A DNA stretch of 64,000 nucleotides. Source: Candidatus Cloacimonadales bacterium (GTDB lineage Bacteria; Cloacimonadota; Cloacimonadia; Cloacimonadales; JAIOQZ01). A program made the position numbers and the translations under genes. Shown here in pieces: positions 30,007-40,015 of this stretch. The notes below the pieces were generated by a model, which was not told where the DNA came from, did not search any database, and saw nothing but the letters and a program-made list of their open reading frames with translations. The stretch covers positions 384,001 through 448,000 of the forward strand of contig OY771587.1 in the NCBI GenBank assembly GCA_963674825.1. Direction: 5' to 3'. The first letter of the stretch is position 1, and every line of letters begins with the position of its first letter.

Positions 30007-30693
30007 ATGACATTGCAAGAACGAATCGAAGATATAAAGAGTCGCGTAGAGCAATCCGCTGCTGGCAGAAATGTTACGCTGGTCGCCGTGAGCAAGAATC
30101 ATGACGCGGCCACCATCCGTAAGGCGCTTGATCTCGGTGTCGAAATTATCGGCGAAAACCGGGTGCAGGAAGCTGAAAGTAAACTACCAGAGCTCAAAGG
30201 CCACTACCGCGAATTCCATTTTATAGGACACCTGCAAAGCAACAAAATCCGAAAACTGCTTCCGCTCGAACCAACACTGATCCACTCCATCGACAAATTT
30301 TCCACAGCCAGTAAGCTGGACCAGATATTGGAGGAAATGGATCGAGAGCAGGACATCCTGATCGAGGTAAACACATCGGGTGAAGCTTCCAAAGAGGGTG
30401 TCCAGCCAGAAAAGCTGCTTCCGTTGGTGCATAAGCTATCCGAGCTGAAGCGAGTCCACGTCCAGGGCCTGATGACCATTGGGCCACTCACTGATGATGA
30501 AGTGAGTATCCGCAAGAGCTTCAAACAGCTTCGGGAACTTGCCGAAAGGATCCGCGCAGAAAATATCCCAGGAATCGTGATGAAACACCTTTCCATGGGA
30601 ATGACACACGATTTTGTAATCGCCATCGAAGAAGGCGCGACCATCGTCCGCGTTGGAACCGCGATCTTCGGTGCTCGAAACTATACGGAGTAA
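30007..30693 (+). CDS. yggS: PLP homeostasis protein (YggS family)
   Basis: VAVSK, GENRVQE, HFIGHLQSNK, LSMGM, VRVGTAIFG. Confidence 0.95.
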   Translation: MTLQERIEDIKSRVEQSAAGRNVTLVAVSKNHDAATIRKALDLGVEIIGENRVQEAESKLPELKGHYREFHFIGHLQSNKIRKLLPLEPTLIHSIDKFSTASKLDQILEEMDREQDILIEVNTSGEASKEGVQPEKLLPLVHKLSELKRVHVQGLMTIGPLTDDEVSIRKSFKQLRELAERIRAENIPGIVMKHLSMGMTHDFVIAIEEGATIVRVGTAIFGARNYTE

Positions 30694-30695
30694 AC

Positions 30696-31343
30696 ATGCT
30701 AAACATATTCATGCCGATCATGCTCATTATTCTGTCGTACCTGATCGGGTGCTTTTCAGCCGCGAGAATCGTTGCCAAGACCTTCAAGAATTTGAAGATA
30801 ACAAAGGTTGGAACCGGACATCCGGACACTGCGAACATCTATTGCAATGTCGGCAAGATGCTGGGAATCCTGGTGGGAATGCTCGATGTGGCTAAAATCT
30901 ACATCTACCTGTTGGTGCTCTACAAAGCGCTGCTGTATCTGGGGATGCCTTACGCCGACTACCACTGGCTGCTCCTCTTCGGTGCCATGGTTCTCATCGG
31001 CCATACTTTGCCGGTTACCCACAATTTCAAAGGCGGACGCGGTATATTCACCTATTTTGGATTCGCAGCCTTTTTCGCTTTCCTTCCGACTGTCGTGACC
31101 GCATTTCTCGCGCTGATCATGGTATGGAAGTTCAAACAGGTTCGCTTCGCACAGTATATGATCGTTATGCTTCCCATCCTGTTTGTGTATGTTTCGAATT
31201 TATTCATCACGCACAAGCACGGTTTTATATTCCCCAGTTTCGCATACAATTCGCCCTATCCGAACTTCGCATACTTCGGTGTAAGCGCAGTATTCATGGG
31301 CATCCTGAATTTCATCGTCTCCAAACGCCTCGGAGAATTCTGA
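30696..31343 (+). CDS. plsY: PlsY-family acyltransferase (divergent motifs)
   Basis: SYLIG, GTGHPDTAN, DVAK, GH..P...FKGGRG; hydrophobic throughout. Confidence 0.7.
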   Translation: MLNIFMPIMLIILSYLIGCFSAARIVAKTFKNLKITKVGTGHPDTANIYCNVGKMLGILVGMLDVAKIYIYLLVLYKALLYLGMPYADYHWLLLFGAMVLIGHTLPVTHNFKGGRGIFTYFGFAAFFAFLPTVVTAFLALIMVWKFKQVRFAQYMIVMLPILFVYVSNLFITHKHGFIFPSFAYNSPYPNFAYFGVSAVFMGILNFIVSKRLGEF

Positions 31344-31344
31344 T

Positions 31345-32457
31345 ATGGCACTCCGGATCGTACCCGTCCAGTCACCGAAGCAACTCAAGCAGTTCATCAT
31401 GCTGCCGTTCCGGCTTTACAAGGACGATCCTTACTGGGTACCGCCTCTGATCATGGATCAGAAGAATTTCTTTAACCCCAAAAAGAACCCCTACTACCAG
31501 CACTCGCAGGTGCAGCTTTTCCTGGCTTTAGATGAAAACAAGCCGGTTGGGCGCATCAGCGCGCATACCAACACACAGCATAACAAAGAGCACAACGACA
31601 AGGTTGGCTTCTTCGGTTTCTTCGAATCGGAAAACGACTCCCGGATCCCGGCTATGCTGCTCGAGGCTGCCGAAAACTGGCTGCGCGAACATGGCTGTGA
31701 CACCGCGCGCGGCCCCATGAATTTCTCAGTGAACGACGAATGCGGATTGCTGGTGGACGGCTTCGAATCCCAGCCTTACGTCATGATGCCGCACAATCCT
31801 CCCTGGTATCAGCAACTTATCACAGCATGCGGTTACGAGAAAGCCATGGATCTCTATGCCTGGCATCTGCACGACGAAGTGATGAACGAGCGGCTTGAGA
31901 AATTCGCCGATCGTGCTCTGAAACGAGGTGGTTTCACTGTACGCAAAATCAATAAAAAGCATCTCAAGCGTGATATCGAGATAGTCTTTACCCTCTACAC
32001 CAAAGCGTGGGAATACAACTGGGGATTCGTTCCTATGACCCGTGCGGAGTTCGACCACACTGTGCAGCAGCTTCTACCAATTGTCGACACCGACCTGGTG
32101 TTTATCGCCGAAATCGACGGCAACCCGGTGGGCTTCTCGGTTGCGCTGCCGGACTACAACCTTGTGCTCAAAAAAATGAATGGACGACTCTTCCCATTCG
32201 GCTTCATCAAAGCGCTATACTACAAGAATAAAATCAACCGGGCGCGCATCATCACGCTCGGAATCATCAAAGAATATCAGCGACGCGGTATCGACTCCGT
32301 TATGCACTATATGACCTATAAAAACGGACAAGCAAAGAACTTCTACGACGGCGAACTCTCCTGGATCCTCGAGATCAACACCGTCATGAATCAGGCAGCC
32401 GCCAAGCTTGGCGCCACCATCCATAAAACCTACAGATTATACGACAAGAGCTTATGA
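31345..32457 (+). CDS. YghO-like / bacterial ceramide-synthase-like GNAT N-acyltransferase
   Basis: LYKDDPYWVPPL, GRISA, GFFGFFE, RGPMNFSVNDECGLLVDGF, HNPPWY, ELSWILEIN..MN. Confidence 0.75.
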   Translation: MALRIVPVQSPKQLKQFIMLPFRLYKDDPYWVPPLIMDQKNFFNPKKNPYYQHSQVQLFLALDENKPVGRISAHTNTQHNKEHNDKVGFFGFFESENDSRIPAMLLEAAENWLREHGCDTARGPMNFSVNDECGLLVDGFESQPYVMMPHNPPWYQQLITACGYEKAMDLYAWHLHDEVMNERLEKFADRALKRGGFTVRKINKKHLKRDIEIVFTLYTKAWEYNWGFVPMTRAEFDHTVQQLLPIVDTDLVFIAEIDGNPVGFSVALPDYNLVLKKMNGRLFPFGFIKALYYKNKINRARIITLGIIKEYQRRGIDSVMHYMTYKNGQAKNFYDGELSWILEINTVMNQAAAKLGATIHKTYRLYDKSL

Positions 32458-33473
32458 AACACAAACTCGTTACGCTGATCCTGCTGCTCGCAGCCACTCT
32501 ATACTGCGGCGAATTCCCCGACGGTGAATTCGACTTCCACATTCCGACACGCCAGGTCTCCGGTGTCATATCCTCCATGGGCGCTATGAGCGTCACTTAT
32601 CAGGATGAACCCGGTATCATCTACAACAATCCAGCTATGCTGGCTTATGCAACTGCGGGTGTTGTGGGAACCGTGCTTAAAATCGATTCCGACGAGGAAA
32701 AGTCGTTCTCGCAGATGATCAAATTCAATAGCATGTTCAAAGCTGCCCGATTCGATTACCTCACTATCTATAGCGAAAAGACGGGCTTTGCCTATTACCC
32801 GTTGCATCGCGAGTACGAAAACGACATTTGGGTGGACGACAACGATATCTCGCATCGCGTGTTCAAAGATTATAAGATCGATACCTTCCACCTCGGTTTG
32901 GGCGACATTAAGGAAAAGATGGCCTGGGGACTCGGTATCAAGTATTACAACGGCAACATGACCTATCTTACAGAGACACTTCAGGATAGTATCTGGGTTC
33001 GAAACGACTTCGCCAAAGACGACCTCGTGGGGTATTCAGTCGATCTCGGTATGCTCTATAACTACGAGTATATCAGACTCGGACTCACCTTTTACGATCT
33101 CTTCTCACACCTTTACTGGAAAAAGCACTCCGATCACGTCATGCAGCAGCGTGCCGCTCTGGGTATGCAGTTGGGCAACAATGCCTACAAGCTGATCATC
33201 ACCACCCAGGCAAAACTGGACAAGCATCCGCAAGCCACATATCATGTTGGCCTGGAACGCGGTTTCTCCTTCAGCGAAAACGAGAAAGTGCCAAGCTCGC
33301 TATTTCTGCGCTTCGGTATTTTCAGCGAAGAATACGATAACGAGGACAATGTTTTTCAGAGCTGGGGATTCGGGTACTATTACTCGGCGGTACGGTTCGA
33401 TTTTTCCATGCTGTCTCGCGGCTTTAAGGGCAACACCAGCCGTTACCAACTCAGTATGTCCATGGGTCTGTAG
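32454..33473 (+). CDS. Outer-membrane beta-barrel protein (PorV/FadL-like)
   Basis: Signal peptide, SMG...IYNNPA N-terminal motif, alternating aromatic strands. Confidence 0.6.
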   Translation: MKHKLVTLILLLAATLYCGEFPDGEFDFHIPTRQVSGVISSMGAMSVTYQDEPGIIYNNPAMLAYATAGVVGTVLKIDSDEEKSFSQMIKFNSMFKAARFDYLTIYSEKTGFAYYPLHREYENDIWVDDNDISHRVFKDYKIDTFHLGLGDIKEKMAWGLGIKYYNGNMTYLTETLQDSIWVRNDFAKDDLVGYSVDLGMLYNYEYIRLGLTFYDLFSHLYWKKHSDHVMQQRAALGMQLGNNAYKLIITTQAKLDKHPQATYHVGLERGFSFSENEKVPSSLFLRFGIFSEEYDNEDNVFQSWGFGYYYSAVRFDFSMLSRGFKGNTSRYQLSMSMGL

Positions 33474-35378
33474 ATGCTTCAATTCCTGAACTCCAGCATT
33501 CTTTTCATCGCGGCGGCAGCAGCGATCCCGATCTTGATCCACCTCTTTGCCAGGAGACGGCCACAAGTTGTCGTTTTCAGCAGCATACGTCATATCAAAA
33601 ACAGTATGCAGAAGCAGAATCGACGCATCAACATCAAGAATCTGCTGCTGCTTTTAATCCGAACGCTGATTATTCTTTTCACCATTCTGGCGCTGGCACG
33701 TCCCACCCTCAAGCTTGGCTTTCTGAAGAGTAGTGCTCGGCATCCGCGAACGGCAGTTGCCATTATCCTCGATAATTCCTATTCAATGGAATACCTCGTG
33801 GAAACCAGTACAGCGCTCGATATCGCGAAGGGTCAGATTATCCAGGCCGGCGGGGTGCTCAACGAAAACGACTACACCGTCCTGATGACACTCGATGCTC
33901 AGTGGAACCGGATCAACAGCTATCTCAAGACCGGCAGTCCCGACGAAAAGACACTGCGCAACATCGAGATTTCACCCATGACCATCACACCCGAAGAGGC
34001 TGTACAACAGGCCGAAGAACTTCTGCGAGAATCACAGCTTCCCAACCGCGAGATATGGTTTTTCACAGACCGACAGTTGCAAAAATACCCTGCCTCAACC
34101 GAGACGCCGCTGCTGGTTATACGTGCCGGCAACTACGATAGCCAGAACAACCTCAGTTGCCAAAACGCTCGTTTCCTCGTCGAACTGGTTGATCGTTCGG
34201 TGGATCACGAACTGCAATTCGACGTGGTCAATCACTCACCCAACAACCAGACAGGCATCATATGCCAGCTCAATCTCGACGGTAGAACCATCGCTGAGCA
34301 GGCAATAGACGTGGCCGCAATGCAGACTAAAACCTCGTCGTTCAAGATCGGTCTGGATCGCCCGGGCTGGCACAGCGGATTCGTTTCGATCAAGAACGAA
34401 CGACTGCTATACGACAATCGGAGCTGGTTCACCTTCTACAACGAGCCCAACCCGCGCGTTGGCGTCATTTCGGATTCGGCAGCGCTCCCGCTTACGCTGA
34501 ACTCCATCCTGGATGTTTTTGCAGGTTCGATCGATTTCCTCCCCGACAACATAGACAGCGGTGATCTGGCATCCTATCATGCGATCATCGTCTACAGAAA
34601 AGCATGGTCACCAAAGCTCGATTTCCTCATGCAGGGCGCGACAGACAAGACGCTCTTCATTGCCGATTCGCTGCTTTCAAGCGATTGGAAAACCTTTATT
34701 ACTGGCCGCACCGGCGTAACGCCTACTCTTTATTTCGACGACGCACTGCGCACTATCGATCAGATCAGCGGATTCCATTCGATCACTTCCGTGTTCGATC
34801 GTGAGAAGCTGCGCAACACACGTATCAGCGGCTTCTGGCAATCGATATCGGGAAAGGTCAATGGCGATATCCTCATGCAGGCGGGCAATTCGCCCCTTGC
34901 GATAGCCTCAGATTCCGGCCTCTTCTGGCTGTTCGATCCCGCTGATATAACCGATCCGTTCCTGCTCGATTCCAGCTTCCCGGTTTTCGCGTATCGCTGC
35001 CTGCAATATCAGTCCACCACCGGACTGCTGCAAAGCGATCTTCGCATCGGCGACCTTATGCCTCGCAGCTATCACCAGGTGAAGCAGCCCGATGGATCGA
35101 TCATTCGAACCGGGACTCTTACCCAACCCGGAATATACAACGACGTGGAGAGCGGCGCACAATTTGCCGTCAACCTCCGCTATGACGAAAGCCGCTTCCA
35201 GCCCATACAAGAAGAGGGTAAGAATATTTACTGGCTGGACGACAACTGGCAGCAGGAAATTCTGCAATCACGCTACGGCTTTGAACTATGGAAATATCTG
35301 CTGATCGCTGCGCTTGTGCTTTTCATCCTCGAGATGGTGCTGGTTCGCAGCCTGGAACGCTCCGGAGAATCAAGATGA
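33474..35378 (+). CDS. BatA-domain / vWA-like membrane protein
   Basis: IPILIHL...LLLLIR...ALARP, ILDNSYSM, C-terminal ELWKYLL...E transmembrane anchor. Confidence 0.85.
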   Translation: MLQFLNSSILFIAAAAAIPILIHLFARRRPQVVVFSSIRHIKNSMQKQNRRINIKNLLLLLIRTLIILFTILALARPTLKLGFLKSSARHPRTAVAIILDNSYSMEYLVETSTALDIAKGQIIQAGGVLNENDYTVLMTLDAQWNRINSYLKTGSPDEKTLRNIEISPMTITPEEAVQQAEELLRESQLPNREIWFFTDRQLQKYPASTETPLLVIRAGNYDSQNNLSCQNARFLVELVDRSVDHELQFDVVNHSPNNQTGIICQLNLDGRTIAEQAIDVAAMQTKTSSFKIGLDRPGWHSGFVSIKNERLLYDNRSWFTFYNEPNPRVGVISDSAALPLTLNSILDVFAGSIDFLPDNIDSGDLASYHAIIVYRKAWSPKLDFLMQGATDKTLFIADSLLSSDWKTFITGRTGVTPTLYFDDALRTIDQISGFHSITSVFDREKLRNTRISGFWQSISGKVNGDILMQAGNSPLAIASDSGLFWLFDPADITDPFLLDSSFPVFAYRCLQYQSTTGLLQSDLRIGDLMPRSYHQVKQPDGSIIRTGTLTQPGIYNDVESGAQFAVNLRYDESRFQPIQEEGKNIYWLDDNWQQEILQSRYGFELWKYLLIAALVLFILEMVLVRSLERSGESR

Positions 35379-36409
35379 TACTGAAAGAATATATAAACGC
35401 AATAAAGAAGACCTATACCCCATCACGCCTGATGAACCTGATCAAGTCGTTTTCCGCGTATGGCTTGTCGCTGGTGCTCAGAAAACCGATCGTGTGGGGA
35501 TTTCCACCGTTTCTGATGCTCGAACCGACCAATAGCTGCAACCTCAAATGCCCGATGTGTCCATCCGGAAACGGCACCCTGAAGCGCCCCAAAGGCTTCA
35601 TGGATTTTGAGCTTTATAAGAAGATTATCGACGAGATCCAGAAACGCACCAGCCTGATTTGCTTCTGGAATCAGGGTGAACCATTCCTGCATCCGCGCAT
35701 CATCGACATGGTGAAGTACGCGTCCGAAAAAGGAATCTTCACCCAGATATCCACCAACGCCAACATTATGCCCGATGCCGAAGAACTGGTTCGATCTGGC
35801 CTCGATTCGCTGATCGTCTCCCTCGACGGAGCGCAACAGGAGAGCTACAATCGTTATCGTGTCAATGGTGACTTTAACAAGGTGATCGAGAATGCCCGTA
35901 AGCTGATCGAAGCAAAGAAAAAGCTTCACGCATCCACACCAGTTATCAAGTGGCAGTTCATCGTGATGAAGCATAACGAAAACGAGATCGAGATCATTCG
36001 CGACCTCTCGAAGAGCCTGGGCGTCGATCAACTGATCCTTAAGACAGTGCAGGTCTATACGAAAGATGATATACGCAATTTCATGCCTGAAAATCCGAAA
36101 TACAGGCGCTACAAAGTGGAAGGCGATCACTTTGAACTCAAGCACGAGGTGAAGAATCGCTGCCGCCGCATCTGGACCAACCCGGTAATCAATTGGGACG
36201 GCGAGATGGCTGTCTGCTGTTTCGATAAAGACGTCGATGTCAAAGTCGGCAACGTCAATGACGAGCGCATCAAGGATATCTGGAAAGGCAAGGCGTTCAA
36301 CCGTATGCGTCAGCGTATCCTTACCAATCGCAAAAGCATACCGATGTGCCTGAATTGCGGCGAGGGAATCAAGCTTCGTATCAGCGAGACCAGTGTTCAG
36401 TCCGATTAA
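35375..36409 (+). CDS. Radical SAM/SPASM protein
   Basis: CNLKCPMC, GEPFLHP, SLDG, C-terminal C...CCFD...CLNC. ATGA overlap with the upstream stop. Confidence 0.9.
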   Translation: MILKEYINAIKKTYTPSRLMNLIKSFSAYGLSLVLRKPIVWGFPPFLMLEPTNSCNLKCPMCPSGNGTLKRPKGFMDFELYKKIIDEIQKRTSLICFWNQGEPFLHPRIIDMVKYASEKGIFTQISTNANIMPDAEELVRSGLDSLIVSLDGAQQESYNRYRVNGDFNKVIENARKLIEAKKKLHASTPVIKWQFIVMKHNENEIEIIRDLSKSLGVDQLILKTVQVYTKDDIRNFMPENPKYRRYKVEGDHFELKHEVKNRCRRIWTNPVINWDGEMAVCCFDKDVDVKVGNVNDERIKDIWKGKAFNRMRQRILTNRKSIPMCLNCGEGIKLRISETSVQSD

Positions 36410-36470
36410 TCTTGACGTGATATTAGCAAATACTGTATCATCGAATTAGATTCATTTCGGGAGGTTTACA

Positions 36471-36824
36471 ATGGTTCGAATACTGGTCATAATGGTTGCA
36501 ATATCTGTTATTTTCCTTGCTGGCTGTGAGTTGTCAAAGTACAGCAAAACGGAAGTCAAAGAATACACACAAGCATACGGCGAAAGGGGTTACACTCTTG
36601 GCAGAGCTATCGAGAGAGCTCAGGAATCCCTGACGCCATCCAATTCCAATTCCGAACTGGAATGGAAGATATCTCACAAAGGTGAGGACGTATTCAACGT
36701 CACCATCGAGATTCTTGTGGACGACATCAACGAAGACGAATTGGAATTTGAAGTAGATATGCGCAAAAAGGTCATCCGTGGATTGAACGAAGACTCGGAG
36801 AAGATCATGCGTAATTTCGAATAG
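36471..36824 (+). CDS. Hypothetical lipoprotein
   Basis: GGAGG RBS and LAGC lipobox; TTGACG-18-TATCAT upstream (36412-36441). Confidence 0.75.
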   Translation: MVRILVIMVAISVIFLAGCELSKYSKTEVKEYTQAYGERGYTLGRAIERAQESLTPSNSNSELEWKISHKGEDVFNVTIEILVDDINEDELEFEVDMRKKVIRGLNEDSEKIMRNFE

Positions 36825-36853
36825 AAAAAAACGTACAGTAAACGGAGGATTTC

Positions 36854-39202
36854 ATGTCAAGCCTGCGAACAGGCAGTAATAGATCGCTGGAATATCCAGT
36901 TATACCGCTACGTAACGCACTGATGGTGCCCTATGTCATCACACCGATTTTGGTAGGGAGACCAGGCTCGCTCGATGCACTCGAGCAAGCATATCTGGGT
37001 GATAAAACCGTCATCTGCGTTACGCAAAAAAACAACCTTCAAGGCGAGGAAGATCCACCTGCGAAGGATATGTACCGCATCGGAACCATCTGCTCGGTAC
37101 TTCAGATCTTCCGCATGCCGGACGGCAACGTCCGTGCGCTGATAGAAGGACGCGAACGTATCTCCATCAAGCGCTTCAAGCGTACCAAGACGATTATGAA
37201 GGCGCAGATTTATCCCGCCGGATTCATTATGGGCAGCATCGATCACGAGCTGGAAGCCATGGTACGCTCACTAAAGCGCTCGTTCCAGGAATACGTACAC
37301 CTTTCGCGCACCATCCCGGAAGAATCGCTCGTGCCGCTCGACGAGATCGAAAAGCCGGAGGAGTTCTTCTACTTCGTGCTCACCAACCTCGATATCGACC
37401 TCAAGACCAAGCAGCAGATATTCGAGATGGACGATTTCCATACCGCCATCAACGAGCTTTATGAGCTTTTGATAAACGAAATAGAGATTCTCAAGCTTGA
37501 AAAGAATATCGACATAAAGGTCAAGGGTAAGCTCGGTAAGCTTCAACGAGAATATTACCTGCACGAACAGCTCAAGATCATCCATAAGGAACTCGGCATT
37601 TCGGAAGAAGAGCAGGAAGACCTGATCCGTTTCCGACAACTTCTGGAAGAGACGCCGCTGAACGACGAAGCCAAGAAGCGCGCGCAGGAAGAGATCAAGC
37701 GGCTCTCTCGCCTCACACCGCACGCGCAGGAATACTCTGTCGTTTACCACTATCTCACCTGGATGTTCGATCTGCCTTGGAGCAAACCTGCCAAGACCGA
37801 TATCGATATCGTTAAAGCGCGTGGCATCCTCGACGAAGATCACTACGGGCTGGAGAAGGTCAAAGAACGAATCCTCGAACACCTTGCCGTAATCAAGCTG
37901 GCTGGAGGATCGAAAGGGCAGATATTGTGCTTTGTAGGCCCTCCCGGCGTTGGCAAAACATCGCTGGGTAAGTCTATCGCACGGGCACTGGGACGGAAAT
38001 TTGTCAGGCTTTCATTGGGTGGCGTTCGCGACGAAGCGGAAATCCGAGGACATCGCAGGACCTACATCGGCGCGCTGCCGGGTGTCATCATCCAAAGTAT
38101 GAAGAAAGCAGGTACTACCAATCCGCTCATCATGATGGACGAAGTCGATAAAATGAGCGTCGATTTCCGCGGCGATCCTTCGGCCGCACTACTGGAGGTG
38201 CTGGACGCGGAGCAAAACCATGAGTTCCGCGATCACTACCTGGATTTCGGCTACGATCTCTCCAAGGTGCTATTCATCACTACCGCGAATCAGCTCGGGC
38301 CTATACCGAAGCCACTTATCGACCGCATGGAAGTGATTCACATTCCTGGCTACACCAGTATCGAGAAACTGCACATCGCCGAGGAGCATCTGGTTCCGAA
38401 GCAGATCGAACACCACAATCTCAACGAGCACATCGACCTTACCTTCGAAGCAAAGGCGATCGAGGGGATTATCGAAAGCTACACCCGTGAAGCCGGTGTT
38501 CGCGACCTCGAACGCAAGATTTCTACTGTTGTACGCAAGGTGATCCGCACGTACCTCGAGAAGCCAAAGAAAAAGAAATACACGATCAAACCCACTGAAC
38601 TCAAGAACTGGCTGGGCGTCCCGCACTACCTTTACCCTGAGATTGATCGCACACCACAGGTTGGAATCGTGACCGGCCTTGCATGGACTGCTGCCGGAGG
38701 CGAAATCCTCCAGGTTGAGGTTATCAAGCTGCCAGGAGAAGGGAAAGTCACCCTGACCGGTAAGCTGGGCGACGTGATGAAGGAATCGGCGCAAGCAGCG
38801 ATCAGCTACGCGCGTCTGCATGCCGAAGAGCTTGGAATCGATGCAGATTGCCACAAGAAGTGCGACTTGCATCTTCACATCCCGGAGGGAGCTATCCCCA
38901 AAGATGGACCATCAGCAGGCGTTACAATGACCACCGCAATCGTCTCAGCACTTTCGGGCCTGAAGGTAGATTGCGATGTTGCCATGACCGGCGAGATCAC
39001 CTTATCCGGAAAAGTGCTGCCCATCGGCGGACTGGAAGAGAAGCTCATCGCGGCAAAGCAAGCGGGTATCAAACGTGTGATCGTACCGAAAAAGAATGAG
39101 CCGCGCATCAGTGAGATCAAAAAGGAAGTGCTCAAGGGTCTCAAGATTATATTCGTAGAGCGGATCGAAGAAGTACTCGAAATCGCGCTTATTAAATCAT
39201 GA
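36854..39202 (+). CDS. lon: ATP-dependent protease La
   Basis: GPPGVGKTS, GHRRTYIG, PKDGPSAG, LPIGGLEEK. Confidence 0.97.
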   Translation: MSSLRTGSNRSLEYPVIPLRNALMVPYVITPILVGRPGSLDALEQAYLGDKTVICVTQKNNLQGEEDPPAKDMYRIGTICSVLQIFRMPDGNVRALIEGRERISIKRFKRTKTIMKAQIYPAGFIMGSIDHELEAMVRSLKRSFQEYVHLSRTIPEESLVPLDEIEKPEEFFYFVLTNLDIDLKTKQQIFEMDDFHTAINELYELLINEIEILKLEKNIDIKVKGKLGKLQREYYLHEQLKIIHKELGISEEEQEDLIRFRQLLEETPLNDEAKKRAQEEIKRLSRLTPHAQEYSVVYHYLTWMFDLPWSKPAKTDIDIVKARGILDEDHYGLEKVKERILEHLAVIKLAGGSKGQILCFVGPPGVGKTSLGKSIARALGRKFVRLSLGGVRDEAEIRGHRRTYIGALPGVIIQSMKKAGTTNPLIMMDEVDKMSVDFRGDPSAALLEVLDAEQNHEFRDHYLDFGYDLSKVLFITTANQLGPIPKPLIDRMEVIHIPGYTSIEKLHIAEEHLVPKQIEHHNLNEHIDLTFEAKAIEGIIESYTREAGVRDLERKISTVVRKVIRTYLEKPKKKKYTIKPTELKNWLGVPHYLYPEIDRTPQVGIVTGLAWTAAGGEILQVEVIKLPGEGKVTLTGKLGDVMKESAQAAISYARLHAEELGIDADCHKKCDLHLHIPEGAIPKDGPSAGVTMTTAIVSALSGLKVDCDVAMTGEITLSGKVLPIGGLEEKLIAAKQAGIKRVIVPKKNEPRISEIKKEVLKGLKIIFVERIEEVLEIALIKS

Positions 39203-39444
39203 GAAATTGTTTTCATTTCGTCGGGGAGCAGCAGCTCTCCGACGGTTCTTTGAGGCTTAAGCTGGATATCGATCCTTCGCTGTTTGTTACAGTTGGATTT
39301 ATACTGGAATCGTTAGAAGGTTGTTGTATTTACACAACGGTTTTCGAGGAGAAAAAACAATTCTTGCAGGTGGATATTCCGCCTGATTACATCACGACGA
39401 CAAAACAACTGATGGACGCGATTGAATCGTATCTCGACAGCTGA
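39199..39444 (+). CDS. Small hypothetical protein (DUF4911-like)
   Basis: ATGA overlap with lon; FILESLEG...TT motif. Confidence 0.55.
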   Translation: MRNCFHFVGEQQLSDGSLRLKLDIDPSLFVTVGFILESLEGCCIYTTVFEEKKQFLQVDIPPDYITTTKQLMDAIESYLDS

Positions 39445-39445
39445 T

Positions 39446-39838
39446 TCAGACTTTATTGATCCAGCGCTCCAGCTGGCTTACGGCGTTTTCGACGCGTTGT
39501 AGTAAAATCTCGAGATTCAGCGGTTTCCGGAAATAATCGTCGAAACCAGCTTCGCGAGATTCCTTCAATTCATACGCTGTAGGGTAACCGGTCATCGCAA
39601 TGCGGATCATATCCGGAACCTGCTTCATCAGCTGCTTCCCCAGATTAAGCCCACTCTCGTGCAGTAGCTTCAAATCGATGATCGCGAGACGTATCGATTC
39701 TTTTTCCACCAGATCGACAACTCCTTTTGAACTGGCTGCCTCAAACACTTCGAAATTGTGATTTGAAAAGAACCGGGAAAGCATTACGCGCATGAGTTCT
39801 TCGTCGTCAACGATGAGTATTTTTCTGATATTTTGCAT
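39446..39838 (-). CDS. Single-domain response regulator
   Basis: ILIVDDE, IIDLKL, MTGY, FRKP. Confidence 0.9.
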   Translation of the reverse strand: MQNIRKILIVDDEELMRVMLSRFFSNHNFEVFEAASSKGVVDLVEKESIRLAIIDLKLLHESGLNLGKQLMKQVPDMIRIAMTGYPTAYELKESREAGFDDYFRKPLNLEILLQRVENAVSQLERWINKV

Positions 39839-39844
39839 GACAAA

Positions 39845-39873
39845 ATGATCATTGACCGATTAAAAGATGTCAA
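39845..39873 (-). promoter_or_regulatory. Promoter predicting a leaderless transcript for the response regulator
   Basis: Minus strand TTGACA-17 nt-GATCAT-6 nt-ATG; no Shine-Dalgarno. Confidence 0.45.
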
Positions 39874-40015
39874 TCCATTTATTTCCCTCTTTGATACAGA
39901 TTCTTATCTGGAAAGCGTAATGAACGATTTTTCAGCATATTACATCAATATAGAATTTTGAATAATATTCTTTCATGAGAGAACAGCAAGCTGAAAAATT
40001 CAGTAACAAGGTCGG

